64,000 nucleotides of DNA from Felis catus. Lineage: Eukaryota. This document shows, in pieces, positions 12,348-24,899 of this stretch. The translations under genes were made by a program, and so were the position numbers. The DNA is taken from assembly GCF_018350175.1 (NCBI RefSeq), contig NC_058368.1:174470001-174534000 (forward strand), given 5' to 3'. Position 1 is the stretch's first letter, and the number at the start of each line of letters is the position of its first letter. The notes beneath the pieces were generated by a model that did no database searches, was not told the DNA's origin, and was given only the letters and a program-made list of their open reading frames with translations.

Positions 12348-12764
12348 AAAATATAAATCACCGGCCTAGCAGCCGAACCCCCAGAACCCTTGGGAAGTAC
12401 CATGGAAGTTCGTAGCTATTTTCAAGATCTTTGAAGACATGATAGAAACAGTACAATTTCCTTACAACCTGGCTGCCGGGCTCTGTGGTCCTCTGCTCTG
12501 GCTCGCACGGTAACGTTCCCGTGGCGCCTTTTATAATTCCTTCTCTCTTTGGAAACATGTATTTGGGAAAGATTCTGCTTTGCCAGATGAACTGTGGGTA
12601 GTGTTGGAAATGCATTTGTTTTCTGGGTTTCTGCTAATCATGAACACAGAGAAGAGCTTGCTAGAGCTTTTGATCGGAGGGAGGGAGATAACGATGATGG
12701 TCCCAGGGCACAATATTCCCGGATCCTCGAAGGATCTGGAGAGTAGTTTTGTAACAAAATAAGC

Positions 12765-12864
12765 CAGGGGTTAGCAACCTTGACTGCTGTGACCGAGACC
12801 CCATGCCATTAAAGCCCGGATTGTTTCCTACCTGGCCCTTTTCTGAGAAGTTTGCCAACCCCTA
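12765..12864 (+). mobile_element. Internally deleted hAT-Charlie MITE (MER58-like)
   Basis: Termini caggggttagcaa and tttgccaaccccta, with an internal MER58-type 3' segment ctggcccttttctgagaagtttgcc. Confidence 0.6.
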
Positions 12865-13299
12865 CCTTCGGTGGCTAAACCTGAACTTCGTGAGTGTGGC
12901 GTTCATATATATATATTTTGCCGCAGACGTGTTTAACGATGGGGTGCGGTCCCACACCCGCTGGTACCATTCACACACAACGTATGACTTTCCTAATTTC
13001 TGAAAATCCGGTGGCACGTCTGGCGATGGGGTTCCAGAGGGAGCAAGTTGGAGCGATAGTAACTCACACTTCGTGCTTCCTGTGGGCCAGCGCTGCTTTA
13101 AAGCAGCAAGCGTGTAGCGACTCAATCCTCATGCGACTCTTCTGTGTAAGTCATGTTATGACACGTCTGAGCAGTGAGAGCACCGAGGCCGGAGAAGTTC
13201 GTGCGCCGGGGTCACGCCTCTGGTAGAGGGCACCATGAGGTCCTAGCTCCCACCCCTGCATGGACACCTTCTCCTGAGCAGCCATCTGATGTAGTGACG

Positions 13300-13470
13300 C
13301 AGATGTGGGAGCTTGAGGACAGGACACGTGGGCTTTGAGGTCAGGTGCACCTGGCCTTACCACTCGCTAGGTATGTGACCTTGGGCAAATACGTCACCTC
13401 TCCAGCCTCCTTATCTGCAGAGTGGGAACGTAACAAGCTACCTCCTGGGCTTGTTCTGGGGCTTACTAAT
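13300..13470 (+). mobile_element. MIR SINE
   Basis: ccactcgctaggtatgtgaccttgggcaaatacgtcacctctccagcctc. Confidence 0.75.
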
Positions 13471-13484
13471 ATCGTTAGTCATGG

Positions 13485-13720
13485 CAGCTCATACTTACAC
13501 AGACCTCGCCATCTGCCCCGCACGATTCGAAGTCACTTAGATACATTAACTTCGTCCTCTTAACAATCTAGGTGGTAGCTATTATTCCCACTTTGTAGAT
13601 GGGGAAACTGAGGCACAGAGAGGTAAGTGACCTGTTCACGGTCACCCCACTGGTCATTAGTGAAGCCGGGAAATGAACCCGGCTGACTGCTCCAGGCTCC
13701 ATGCCTGTAACAACCACCCT
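13485..13720 (-). mobile_element. MIR SINE
   Basis: attattcccactttgtagatggggaaactgaggcacagagaggtaagtgacctgttcacggtcac. Confidence 0.85.
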
Positions 13721-14348
13721 CTGGTCACAGGCCTCAATTTCCCCAGTCCTAAAATGGGGCCATGGTTGATGCCTTCCGGGATTACAAGAGATACTCTGTG
13801 TAAAAGAGCCTAATATATAGTATCTACTATACTATATATTATATACTATTCAGCACAAGTTAGTCATGCAAATAACAGGTGTCGTGAAGAGATAATCTTC
13901 TCTTTTCGGAACACATTCAGACAGTTGCGAGGAATCTATTTGTCCCACATTCATCACGGGAGCAGAGTTTGGGCTTCTGCAGAGGGAAGAGCTAGATAGT
14001 CATTGTGTTTACTCCACTCACAGCTTCGTCCACCTGCGATCCGTGGAGACGATGCCCAGTCTTTTGGTCTCTCTACAGGTGTTGCATCTGTTACCGCTGG
14101 CCCATCAAGAGATTCCTCTCTGCCCTCTACCTGTCCCCGATCAAGCCCATCCCGGACAGGGCTCGGCGAAAGCATCCCTCCCTCCTGGTGGCCCTCCTGA
14201 CTCTGGCCCAGGCTGGGCCCCCAGGCGTCGGCTCTCACAGCTGTGCTGTCCTTACACATTCCGGTAAGTCCTGTGCGCGTTCCCTCGTCAGCCGCCAATG
14301 GTGCACCAGGAGCTCCGGGAAGGCAGGGTTTGCGCGATGACCCAGGAG

Positions 14349-14490
14349 GGTGCTTCTCAAGCTGCGGTGTTCAGAAAATCCACCTGAGGAGCTTTTTTTT
14401 ACACATACAGACACTGGGCCCACCTCCTGAGATTCTGGTTCAGTCGAGCTAGGACGCGCCCCAGGAATCAGCATCGTCAACAAGCGAACT
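14349..14490. mobile_element. hAT-Charlie MITE (MER5-like)
   Basis: gtgcttctcaagctg...cacctgaggagctt...ctgggcccacctcctgagattctggttcagt. Confidence 0.65.
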
Positions 14491-15109
14491 CCTCTCCCCC
14501 ATCCCTGGTGGAGACTGAAAGCCCTTGGGGGCAGGGCCGGGTCTGCCTGGTCCCCCACTTGGTCCCTATCCTCAGCTCAGTGTGTGTGAGGCGGACCCTC
14601 CACTTATATTTGTTGGAATGGCTGGGGAGTGAAAGTGCTACCTTCCACCTTAAAACAGTTTCCCACGGCAACCTGCTTTGAAAGCACCTTGGAGGCGGGG
14701 GAGTTGTTGAAGATTTAGCATCCTGGGATCCAGCCCCTGTGGAGTCAAAATTGTTGGGGATCGAGGCTTTTTTCTTCTTCTTCTAAGCAAGCTCTCTGGC
14801 TGCTTTCTCTGCAACCCAGAAGCATTGTGGGTCACAGCTGTCGGCCGGGAGTGGACATTTGAGCTGCCTTGATTGCCGGTTGCTGGAGGGCAGGACCTGG
14901 GTTGAATTTTTCTCCTAAATCTTTCCTAGTCCTGGGCAAAGGGCACAGATGAGCTGCAGACTTCCTCGCCGCATTGTTGAGAGGAAAGTCAGCCCCCAGC
15001 AGGCCCTCGGGGTCTGTTTGTTGTAGCTGATACTTACAATGGATGCGACTTAAAATGTCATAAATTCACTCTCACAGAATTTGCCTCAGTGGAAGAGGCA
15101 GGAAAAGGA

Positions 15110-15480
15110 ACTAATGTTTCTCCCTCGCCTGTGAACCAGGCGGAGCGCAAAACACTGCCTATGGGGTGTGCCATTTAGTTTCTCTCACAGTCCGATGGCT
15201 TGACGACCACCTCCCCATCTTACCTCTGTAAAAACTGAGGTTCGGATTTGCCCAAAGACGCAAGCTGGGACCGGAACCCCAGACCATCTACCTCCCAAGT
15301 CTCTGCCCTTGTTTCCCCTTTGTTTGGGCCACACCGCCTTTCCCCCTGAGACCCCCGTGCTGTAAGTTGTATTTGTGCCCTCCAGAGATGAGGAAACTGA
15401 GGCTAGAGAGGCTTCACCATCACCCCGCCGGTGGATGCTGGAGCGAGAACTCAGACCTGAGATCCTCTGACACTCCATGC
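15110..15480 (-). mobile_element. Two adjacent MIR fragments
   Basis: Cores ccccatcttacctctgtaaaaactgagg and agatgaggaaactgaggctagagagg. Confidence 0.6.
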
Positions 15481-16296
15481 TACGTGTTTACCACCCTCGC
15501 ATGGAGGTGGGGCTGGTGTCAACTCTGGCTGGATTCCTAGGTGACCTGAATGTATGGCGGAGACAGTCCTCCGGAGCTAGGTGTTCTGGGCTGACTGGGG
15601 GCACAGGCCTGCTGTGGCGGATGCAGCCTCGTGTCTCTGGATTCCTACACGGAAGCTGCAAGCATTCAGGGCGAGATGCCATGCAGTAGACACGGGGGCT
15701 CTTGCTGCAGAAACCGCAGGCGGCTGAAAGAACCAGGCAAGGGTTTTACGCCAAGGCAACGCGGCCCTAGAGACGCAGACCAGCCCGCTCAGAGCCCAGG
15801 CTAATAGCATAAGCCCAGCTAAATACCGCTGGTCAGCGTGGGGCTTTCGTCATCCCCTCTAACCAAATCGTGGTTGCTCAGATGCAAGCCATCCTTTAAA
15901 GGAGCTGGGGAAACCTGCTGAACTATTGAGTCACGGGGCTAACAGAGTAAGCAAATAATACACACGAGGGGAATTATTCATACGGCGGTCAAAGAAGCAC
16001 ACGGTGAAGCAAGTTAGCACACAGCCAAGCTACGTGCACCAAGAGGTTCGTCGCGACAGTGTCTACAATGGCCAGAAGAAGAAAAGAAAAGAGAAGGCCA
16101 CGAATGCACCCCTAGAGAGTAGGCATGCGGACCAGACAGGGGCCTGCAGCAAGAGCCTGGTTGCAGCGGCAGCTGGTGGTGGGGAGGGCTGGCGCCTGGT
16201 GGTCCGGGTGGCGAGACTGGGTTAATGTTGGAGCCTGCGGAGGAACAGCAATAGACAACAGTTGGCGAGCACTGAGCCGTTTGTTGTACTGTTTTA

Positions 16297-16524
16297 TTTA
16301 TTTATTTATTAAAAAAAATTTTTTTTAATGTTTATTTTTGAGAGAGACAGATACAGAATGCGAGTGGGTTGGGGCAGAGAGAGAGGGAGACACAGAATCG
16401 GAAGCAGGCTCCAGGCTCTGAGCCGTCAGCACAGAGCCCGACGCGGGGTTCGAACCCACGGAATGCGAGATCATGACCTGAGCCGAAGTCGGACCCTCAA
16501 CCGACGGAGCCACCCAGGCGCCCC
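16297..16524 (-). mobile_element. CAN-SINE inserted in a MIR
   Basis: Full body; perfect 15-bp TSD tgttgtactgtttta at 16282-16296 and 16525-16539. Confidence 0.97.
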
Positions 16525-16829
16525 TGTTGTACTGTTTTAAACAACCCTACGAGGTGGGCACTTTCGCTGTCCTCACGAAGAATAAGAACCACGGAGAGGT
16601 TAGGTAAGCCATGTCCGTATGGTTAGTAAGGCCACATCCTTCGGAACACAGAAGGATGTGTACCTCTAGAGATTGCGGGGAGTCTTGGATATTTTATGGC
16701 TAAGGAGACAGGCTCAGGGAGGACGAAGTAACCTAATAATTAATGATTTCCTTATTAATAATAGTATTCATATCCGAATAATATTCATCACGATATAATT
16801 AGTAGTGTGGTCTCCGTGTCGGCCACTGT

Positions 16830-17010
16830 CTCGCCTAACCCCCCCACCGTGTCACCTCAAGTTGTACTAGGTGTGATTCTTATTTTCCTCATTCTGTAGA
16901 CGAGTAAACTGACGTTAGAAGCATTAAAGCCGTTTTACCAGGACCCCACAGCTAGTTAAAAATTGAGCTGGGATTCCAAGCAGGTTAGTCTGCCCAAGGG
17001 GACAAAATCT
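16830..17010 (-). mobile_element. MIR SINE
   Basis: ctcattctgtagacgagtaaactgac...cacagctagttaaaaattgagctgggattccaa. Confidence 0.65.
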
Positions 17011-17674
17011 GATCACCTTTCTGCTTCCGTGGGATAGTGGGACAAGATGTTGAGTCCCCAGCTGGATGCAAAGATGCCCAGGTTGCTCCCAACAGGAGGT
17101 ATTTGGGGGGAGGGGGGTGGCGGCGGCGGGAATTCTCCCAGCCAAGCCCAAGTGTGAGCCCTGGGGGATGGCCAAGCCCTAGAGGTCGGTGGCCCAGGAT
17201 GCAGGTTGACCGGGCATGGCCGGGAGCTTCGCCAGGCTAGCTGGGCCAGGCTGGTCCGCTTTCCTGCGGCCGCTCCCCTCCCAGGACCTGGGCAGGAGGC
17301 AGGAATTCGTTGCCAAAACTGCCTCTGTTGAGCTTGCAAAATGAAGACGAAAAGCAAAATGCCTGGGGTTGCGGTGCTGGATTTGGAGCAGAGTCAACGT
17401 AACTTTTTGGAGTTTGTAGCACACTTGCCGTCGCCCACACTCGTCTGGCAGGTTGGAGCTGGTGTGTGCGAGCCAGCCCAGTGGCTGCAGTGATATTTCT
17501 GCTGCTGGCAGGCACAGAGCCCGCCTGGTGCCAGGGAGAGGCAGCCGCCGTGCTCGCAGCTGACAGTCCCCACAACCAGCCGGTCCATATCCCTGACGTG
17601 GCCCGCGTGACGGTGGTGCAGATGACTGATGGTCTGGGGGCTCTGCTCTTGTGTCCTGCCGAGGAGGCGAGAGC

Positions 17675-17860
17675 ATGAGATCGGGAGTCAGGGCTCCATT
17701 TGCTGTGCCTTGGATGACCTTGGGCAGTCATTTCTCTGAGCTTTGCTTCCCCCACCTGTAGAATGTTATCCACAGGCGATCGTAATTTCCACCTTGCAGG
17801 GGTAAATTAGATCATGCATATGCCATGTGGGCCAATCCTGAGTACATGGTACTTTTTTTT
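17675..17860 (+). mobile_element. MIR SINE
   Basis: gatgaccttgggcagtcatttctctgagctttgcttcccccacctgtagaatg. Confidence 0.7.
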
Positions 17861-20439
17861 TTTTTAGCTATCGTTAGCTCTTCTTATCAAAGGTAATTGG
17901 CCAGTTTGCCTGGGTCCCTCTCTATGGCAGGAGGAGAACGGAAGGAACGGATGCTAATTGGCCGCCTCTATCTACCTCAGGGCTTTTGCTTCCGCGCAGT
18001 GTTATAGAAGTTCCATTTCTGAGGGACTGGAGCTTTTCAGTAAAAGAAAGCCACCGATGCTGGAATGTTTCCTCTGGGTGGGGGAACGCCCAGCAGGGAA
18101 TGCTGGCCCCCTCCACGCCGTGCAGACCTTGCCCCAAAGTCCACTGAGCCCGCGGAGGTAGTCTGGGAACATCGTCTCAAGTACACTGCTAAACATCTGG
18201 GAGAAGAAACCTGGAGACTCCACAGCACAATCACAGGGACGGCCCTCCCTGTTCTCGTTCCAGAGGTCCTCCCAGTGCCCTGGGTACCTGGTGGCAGGAA
18301 GGAGCAACGGTCTCCCCCTTCCCGTGACGGGTCGGTTGTGCATGGAGAGCTGCTGTTAGTTTCAGTCTGGCGGTCTCCACATAATCAAAGAGTGTTCATC
18401 AGATGGATGAGTGCACAGAGTAACAGGATTTCATTTACAGAGGAGGGGCTGCAGACTGGGTTTCCATCGAACCTCCTGCCCTCTGACAGTGCAGAGGGCA
18501 GATGGAGGCAAGAGCCCCCACTACGAGAGCTCTGGGGTCCCCCCTAGTTCGGAGCCGAGAGAGGTACTTAGCTACGAGTCTCCGGACTTTCCTAGTGCTT
18601 CCATGACTCATTATTTTAGCACCTTCTCCTTTATTGGCCCGGAACGCCTGGGATCCCATAGGGGAAAGTACTTGTTCAATAGACTCTTCAAATTTCCAAT
18701 GTTAAAGTTACAAGCCGCCCCGCCCGCCGCCCCCCGGGGCCTTTGTTTCTCCGTTTGTGAAATGAGCTGGTTGACCTCGATGAACTCTCAGTTACTTTTA
18801 ATCGCTGATAGAATTCTGAGATTTTTCTGCTTCCCGAGCACTTGACAAGGTCCACCGACAGGCAGAGATTAACCAGGAGCTGGTCTACTCCAAGGCTGCC
18901 GGGAACTGTGTGCCCTGTCGCACTTAAACAGCTCTTGGCACGGTCCCGTCTCGGGCACCACGGACCCACTGACAAGGCTGCAAGAGACAGAAACGCAGGA
19001 GGTAAGGACAGACTTGATTAAGTTGATTCAATTTCATTTCTTGTCCTGGAGCCTAGGGGAACAGACTTAAAATTTTGCTCAGCGCTTTTTGAAAAAAGAA
19101 AAAGGAAATAAACTAACTTATTTTCAGCTCCCCTTCTGTTCCAGAACTGTGTATACATTGTATCTTTCTCCCATCGCAGTAGCCCTTCTTGGCTGGGTTA
19201 TCTCCTTCCTTTTGCAGCCAAGCAAACGGAGGCTCAGAGAAGGTAAATGAGATACCCAAGTTCCCATGGGCCGTTCGTGAAGGAAGCAGGCCTCAGGGTT
19301 CTCTTCCTTGTCTGTGCCTCGGTTTATCTGGAAGGACAAACCCTATCAAACTGCAAGGATAAAACACACAAAAAAGTGCCTTTCACATAGTAAATGTTAG
19401 TAAACGTGAGCCTCCCCGACGGCTAGTGATTCCAGATGCCTCAAGTTCCCTCCCAGGGAATACCAAAGCTCCTCGCCTATCACCAGCCTCACCTAAATCA
19501 CGTGATCGTGCCCCAGCTTGCCCACTTTCACAGGAATTTAGTGCCTCAGTCCAAGCAAACTTCCCAGAGTCATTCTAACTGGAGCTCCTGGGGCATCAGC
19601 CTTGACCTTTAGTAAATTCACCTGCAGGGAATTTTGTCGTTGACCTGTTTTTGTCTAATGCCAACTCACACAGGGACAGAGGGCACAGTTAAGCTCACAC
19701 ATGTGTGGGCGCTGGCGGGTCCTCTGGGAAGTGTGGGATTTCCGCTTTTTTGGTCAGAGCCTCCGCTGACAACCCCGTCGCACTTCTGTGAATATAGGTG
19801 CACACCCAGGTGCGTGCACAAACTCTCAAAAGGTTAACGGTGACTAGTCAGGATGGTGGGCTTGTGGTTGGGTTTTTTTTTTTTTTCCCCATCTGCATCA
19901 TTTGATTTTTCTTCAATGAACACATACTGCTTAATAAAGTAAAATAGAATATGACAGCTGTTGTTTGGCAACCCTTCTTTTTTGTGTGCCAGACATTATA
20001 CAACATGCTTTTTCTATACGTTAGCTCTATCTGAAACCTCACGGCCATCCTGCAAGGAAGTGATTATTACTTCTACGCATCTAAAGAGGAAACTGAGGCT
20101 TAGACACGCGAGGGAATAAAGGCCATGTGTTACCTCTCCCCAAAGCGGCCCCCAGATCTTTCCCAAATTTGGGGTCCTTCTGTGATTTGTCACCAGAGGC
20201 CCACTGATTACCTCTGGTGCTCTCCCTGTTTGTGAAGCAGTTCATGTGGTGGGGAGCCCACCCTGCCTCCCTGGCCCCCGGGGATGACGTTTTGGCAGTC
20301 TTGGGGGCTCAGTGACGGGGCTGCTTTGCTAACGCCTGCTGGGCCCGGACACCACAGCCTGGCTAAGGCTGTCCCGGCGAAGGGAGCTGAGGCATGAACA
20401 GCCTGTGAGCACAGAGGCCTGGATTTCCAAGGACGCTGC

Positions 20440-20580
20440 CTGAGACTGGGCGCGGGGGCGGAGGCGGGAGGACTGGGTGGGCGTACCCAGAGCTGGCCTG
20501 CCCTCACCTGTGAAACTCTAGATGCAGAGACCTAAATCAGCTGGGGGTGAGAACTGGCACCTTACTTTCGGTTTCCGGGG
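20440..20580. promoter_or_regulatory. Candidate cis-regulatory cluster: GC boxes plus an ISRE/IRF-type motif
   Basis: GGGGCGGAGG at 20455-20464, GAGGCGGGAG at 20461-20470, ACTTTCGGTTTCC at 20564-20576 (GAAANNGAAA on the minus strand). Motif match only. Confidence 0.35.
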
Positions 20581-21234
20581 CTGCTCTCAAACGATTTTTA
20601 AAAGGCTGGTAGAGTAGAGATTGCAGCTGATGTGGCCGGGTGGGGAAGGGAGACGTTTGGGGTTATTTCGTGTATTATCTAAATGGAGCCCCGCTGACTG
20701 CCGCCGTAAACTGGGAGCACTCGCCCACGCTCCCCCCGGGGCTGATAGGAGGGTCGAAGGGACAAGAGGATGTCAGGGGTCTGAGTTAGTATCTGGGTAA
20801 ATCTGGGGGCAGAGTAGAATCTGCTTCATGCTCACTGCCTTGCAGGGGCGGACAGGCTCACAGATACTCAGCGGCTTGCCGGGTGAAATGCGCCACACAA
20901 AGGTCTGTACAGGGTGCTGGGGAGCTCAGAGATGGGAGTATGGGGTAAAAGAATGATTTATTTGGGGGGGGCATGGATAGAGGCCTCATAGAAATAAAAA
21001 AAGAAAGCTGGCCCGCTAATCATCTGCTGAGCGCCTGCCAGTTCTAGGCAGTGTCCTGACCCTTACAAACATCATCTTATTTCCCTTGTCACAAGCCCAG
21101 GGCTTGATATTATTTTCAGAGGCAAAGGTCACAGTAGAAGCCAAAGGACAGAGGTGGCCTACAGGGGACTCTTGAGGGGTCCGGAGCTGCCTTCTCCTGT
21201 CTATTAATAATCCCTCCTTAGGTGGTACAGTCTC

Positions 21235-21432
21235 CAGGCTCTCAGCCTTGGAACCACTGGAATTTGGGGGTGGGGTAGTTGTTTGTGTGGGGGGGCTGCC
21301 CAGTGTATCCTAAGCTGTTCAGCAGCATCCATACCTCTCCCCACTAGAGAACATTCCCCCTCCTCCTACCCCCAGTAGTGACGGCCAAAAACGTCTGCAA
21401 AACTGCCCTCTCTGCCCGCCCCAGAACTGCTG
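21235..21432 (-). mobile_element. hAT-Charlie MITE (MER20)
   Basis: gggggctgcccagtgtatcctaagctgttcagcagcatcc...ccactaga...cccagtagtgacggccaaaaacgtctgca. Confidence 0.8.
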
Positions 21433-21444
21433 CTCTAAGCACAA

Positions 21445-21920
21445 TCTCTATGTGAATGATGTCGAACGGATGTCCAACCCAAACTGAGCCCCAGGTTCGT
21501 ATGACCAGCTGCCTCTGTGACGCCTTCACTCGGGTGCTTCTCAGCGCTCACACTTAGCATGCTCGAAATGGGACCCCTGGGCTCCCTTCGGTCTGTTCTC
21601 TCTGCATCAGTTTTGACCAAGACCTTTCCATTCGCTCATTTGCTGGAATGAGAAACGTCAAACGCATCTTCCTTTTTCCGGACCTCACATCCGATATATC
21701 AGCAAGGTCTGTTCAATGTCCAAAATATTTCCTGAATCCGTGTGCTTTTCTCTATTGTACCCCGCCCTTCCTCATCCAGCCAGCCCCTTCTGTCACTCGG
21801 AGCTCTGACTGTTCCCACTGCCTGCTTCCTCTTCTCCAAGCAACAGCAAACGTGGTCTTTTTCAAGCAGAGATCTGAATATATCACTTCCCTGCCTAAAA
21901 TCCAAACTCTTAACCGGCCT
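21445..21920 (+). mobile_element. L2 LINE, RT/C-terminal region remnant
   Basis: ctctatgtgaatgat reads LYVND, a decayed LYADD RT motif, followed by L2-like sequence to tctgaatatatcacttccctgcctaaaa. Confidence 0.7.
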
Positions 21921-22049
21921 TTGGGGCCACCCCTTTCCAATCTGGGATTTTGAGATTCTCCCAGGCAGCTCGTGTAAAAGTGAAAATAAGTTCATTTATT
22001 TTCCCCGTGGTCTTTCCACGGTGTCCCACCCTCGAAGGTGCTCAGTCTC

Positions 22050-22345
22050 GCGGGGACATAGCAAGATAACATACAGAACTGTGAGATCAGTGATAGAATG
22101 GCACAAAGGCTCGGAGGTCCCTGAGCACCCTGACAGCAACCAACCCAGCCGAGGGGATCAGGGAGGACTTCCTGGAGGAGGTGCCCGGAAGGCAGGCACA
22201 GCATGCGTAAAGGTATGACCCTGCTGGAGGAAAGGTAGTTCGGTGTTGCTGAAACATAAGTTGTGAGAAGGAAAGTAGGGGCAGGAGGGAAGACTGGGGT
22301 GGAGGGGGCAGCCGAGGACTTAGTCATAAAAGGGCTGCGGTGCCC
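22050..22345 (-). mobile_element. L2 LINE fragment
   Basis: ggatcagggaggacttcctggaggaggtg...acagcatgcgtaaagg. Confidence 0.65.
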
Positions 22346-23459
22346 TTTCCTTGTGTAGAGTGCTCAACTCCAAAGAGTAGTCACAGTCATGCTGAAAGCT
22401 GAGCAAACCGAAGCTTAAGAAAGCCACAGAACTAGAGCGTGGCAGAGGTGGGGATCGCACTCAGGCCGCTCAAGTTCCAATCCATGCGCTTCCTTCTCTG
22501 TCACTGACACGGAAGTTGTATTCGCCGACGGGACAGGTGGGGAGGCTGCGTGAGGGGTGTGCAGTGAGGGTCGATACCATTCGTCTGTATAAGAAAGAGA
22601 ATGCTCAGAATAGCGGATTTCAGCTTATAATACAAACATAAATCTGGGTCTCTTACAATAACGTAAAATGAAAATGCCGGACCTTTTTTCTCGGCCCCCC
22701 TTGTATGTCGTACCGGATTTGCCCTTCACGTAGACCCACCCCAGAGTTTGAGTGACGAGCTAGAGACACAACAGGGCAGGATGGTGGCAAATCTTTTATG
22801 GGGACGGGTGGTAGTAAGAGCGTCCGCGTCATCCAAACCCTGGTTCTATCGTCATCCCCCACAATATTGGCAGTGTAAGCCACAGGGCCTGTCCCCAGCG
22901 GTGACAGCTATGATCTGGTGTCTTTACTGGGTCAATGATGTACAGTGACTTGGAGAAATTGTCCTTGGCTGTGTCGCATCTGTACCCAGCTCTCTAGCCA
23001 TCTTTGAGATGCAGGAAGTATCCGATATCCCTGTAACAAATCTTTTTGTTGTTGTTTATTTGTTTCAATCAGAAACAGTGACCATCCCAGGTCCTTGATC
23101 CCAGAACCATAGAAAACATACGGGAGAGATTACTCGGAGCTTTGCATGGTGATTTTTCTTCTTTCAACACTTCACTTGCCTATTTTCCATTTAAAAATTA
23201 CTGACAACAGTTTTCTGATTGCCCGTGATAATGTATTCTGCCTATTTACGACTCCATCTGTGGGGAGAAAAAAAAAATCCTCCTGAATTCCTTGAATGAC
23301 GGCCTTTGCATAATTTTGCTTTGCCCTCTCGTTCTAGCTGAGTCTCCTCTTCAAAGTCGCCTCATTTTCAGAGAATGTAGATGGCTGCATAGCTTCGGTC
23401 TGCTCTTTCGTTAGGTATTTGTGTCTTCTTTGCTTTCTAAAAAATCCTTCTTTGGGAGC

Positions 23460-23800
23460 ACTATTCCAGTCAAGACAGGCTAGATCATGTTATGGGAACA
23501 AGCGATCCTCAAATCCCAATGTCTTTATGAGAACAAGGGTTTATTACTGTCTATCCTGAGTCAGCCAGGTTCTACTCCGTCTTCACTCTGAGACCCAGCT
23601 GATGGAGAACCTCTGGCTAGAGCATTGCCAGCTGTACGGCAGAAAGAAAAGAAATATAGCCAATCGTGTGCTGATTCTTAAAGTTTCCCCCCAGGAAATG
23701 ACCCAGTGCTTCCCTCCCGCTGTCATGGCCCAAAGAAGTCACATGGTTTACTTCTAAGTTCAAAAGAGTGGAGATATACTGTCACCCCATAGGGAAGGAG
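23460..23800 (-). mobile_element. MaLR LTR (MLT1K/L-like)
   Basis: agtcaagacaggctagatcatgtt...aagggtttatt (AATAAA on minus)...gctgatggag...aagtcacatgg. Confidence 0.7.
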
Positions 23801-24009
23801 ACACATAGAGAGAAAGTCTGGTCACTAGGTATTGAGTTCCTTTACCTCAAGCAGAAACACTCTACTCTCTCTTAAGGGAGACAACTCAACAGACCCTACC
23901 ACACCCAATCACTGCTTCAAATGCAAGGTCCAGGATCTCTGGAGGGTGTGTGGTAATTTCCTGCATGGTCTCTACCAGATATGGAACTCCTGGGTCCAGG
24001 GAGCAATTT

Positions 24010-24410
24010 TCATAGGCAGGTGTCTTCAGAATGGGACCTTGGGATAGGGAATCAGGTACAAGTAATTTATCTGGGAAGCGAGGGAAACTGTTAGAGGATT
24101 GGGGAGGGGAGACAAGGACCAGAAGGTAGCCAACCAAAGGCACGGCAAAATGGAACCAAATCTCATTGGAGAAATTATGGGGCCAGTGAGGGGACACGCT
24201 TCAGGATTATCCTGCTTCAAGGACAAAGAACCTTGGGTACTTAACACGCTGACTCCCACCAGTGACTGGTTGGGGGCTGCTCCCAGGGAAACCTTGTTCC
24301 TCACTACACCTGGACCGCCACTTGGGCAGTGAAAGCCCTCAGGCAATACAGTTGTAGCAGTTCGGTAATCCTGTATGACAGATATTATCAGATTTCTAGC
24401 TGGGGATGGG
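24010..24410 (-). mobile_element. ERVL LTR (LTR33-like)
   Basis: tacaagtaatttatctgggaag...gactcccaccagtgactggttgggggctgctccc. Confidence 0.65.
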
Positions 24411-24584
24411 ACAATCCTCACCCAGTCCTTGACCTTCTAGGATTCCTTTTATATCATCTTTGTAGGTGCAGCTGAAGAGGGCTTTGCAGAATTTGTTCTC
24501 CTTGGGGGCTGAGCAGCTCTCTCACCTGTTTCCTCCTGTAGAAGACTGAGGACCCACAGGTCATTTTAAGTGCGGCACCATCAC

Positions 24585-24621
<37 letters not shown>

Positions 24622-24643
24622 ACACACACATATATATACACAC

Positions 24644-24674
<31 letters not shown>
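24585..24674. repeat. Compound (TA)n(TG)n(CA/TA)n microsatellite
   Basis: 90 bp of unbroken pyrimidine-purine alternation, read directly. Confidence 0.97.
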
Positions 24675-24899
24675 GTCTACAATGATGGTTCTTTTGACTT
24701 AAAACTCTCTCAAACACGTAGCTGGTATCTTTTGGTCAACAGCATGTGCCAGAAGCACCCAGAATTATTTTTGAGACATGATTTTTGCTCAAAATGTAAT
24801 TGCGGGCGCGGGCGTCTTGAATTTATCAGGTTTCTGAGCGAGAGCCACACCTTTTGGGTCTTTTCTTTGAGCCATTTGGCCCAACTGAAAAGATGTATT

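Noticed and set aside
13300..13720. Tail-to-tail inverted MIR pair
   Set aside because: The copies are too diverged for a stable duplex, and this arrangement is common in MIR-rich DNA.
16633..16660. 10-bp hairpin CACATCCTTC-N8-GAAGGATGTG
   Set aside because: About one such stem is expected by chance in a window of this size; no supporting context.
17466..17678. 70-aa ORF with a signal-peptide-like N-terminus
   Set aside because: It starts at GTG, has no recognisable family and ends at a MIR; overlapping minus-strand ORFs are equally long, as expected in GC-rich DNA.
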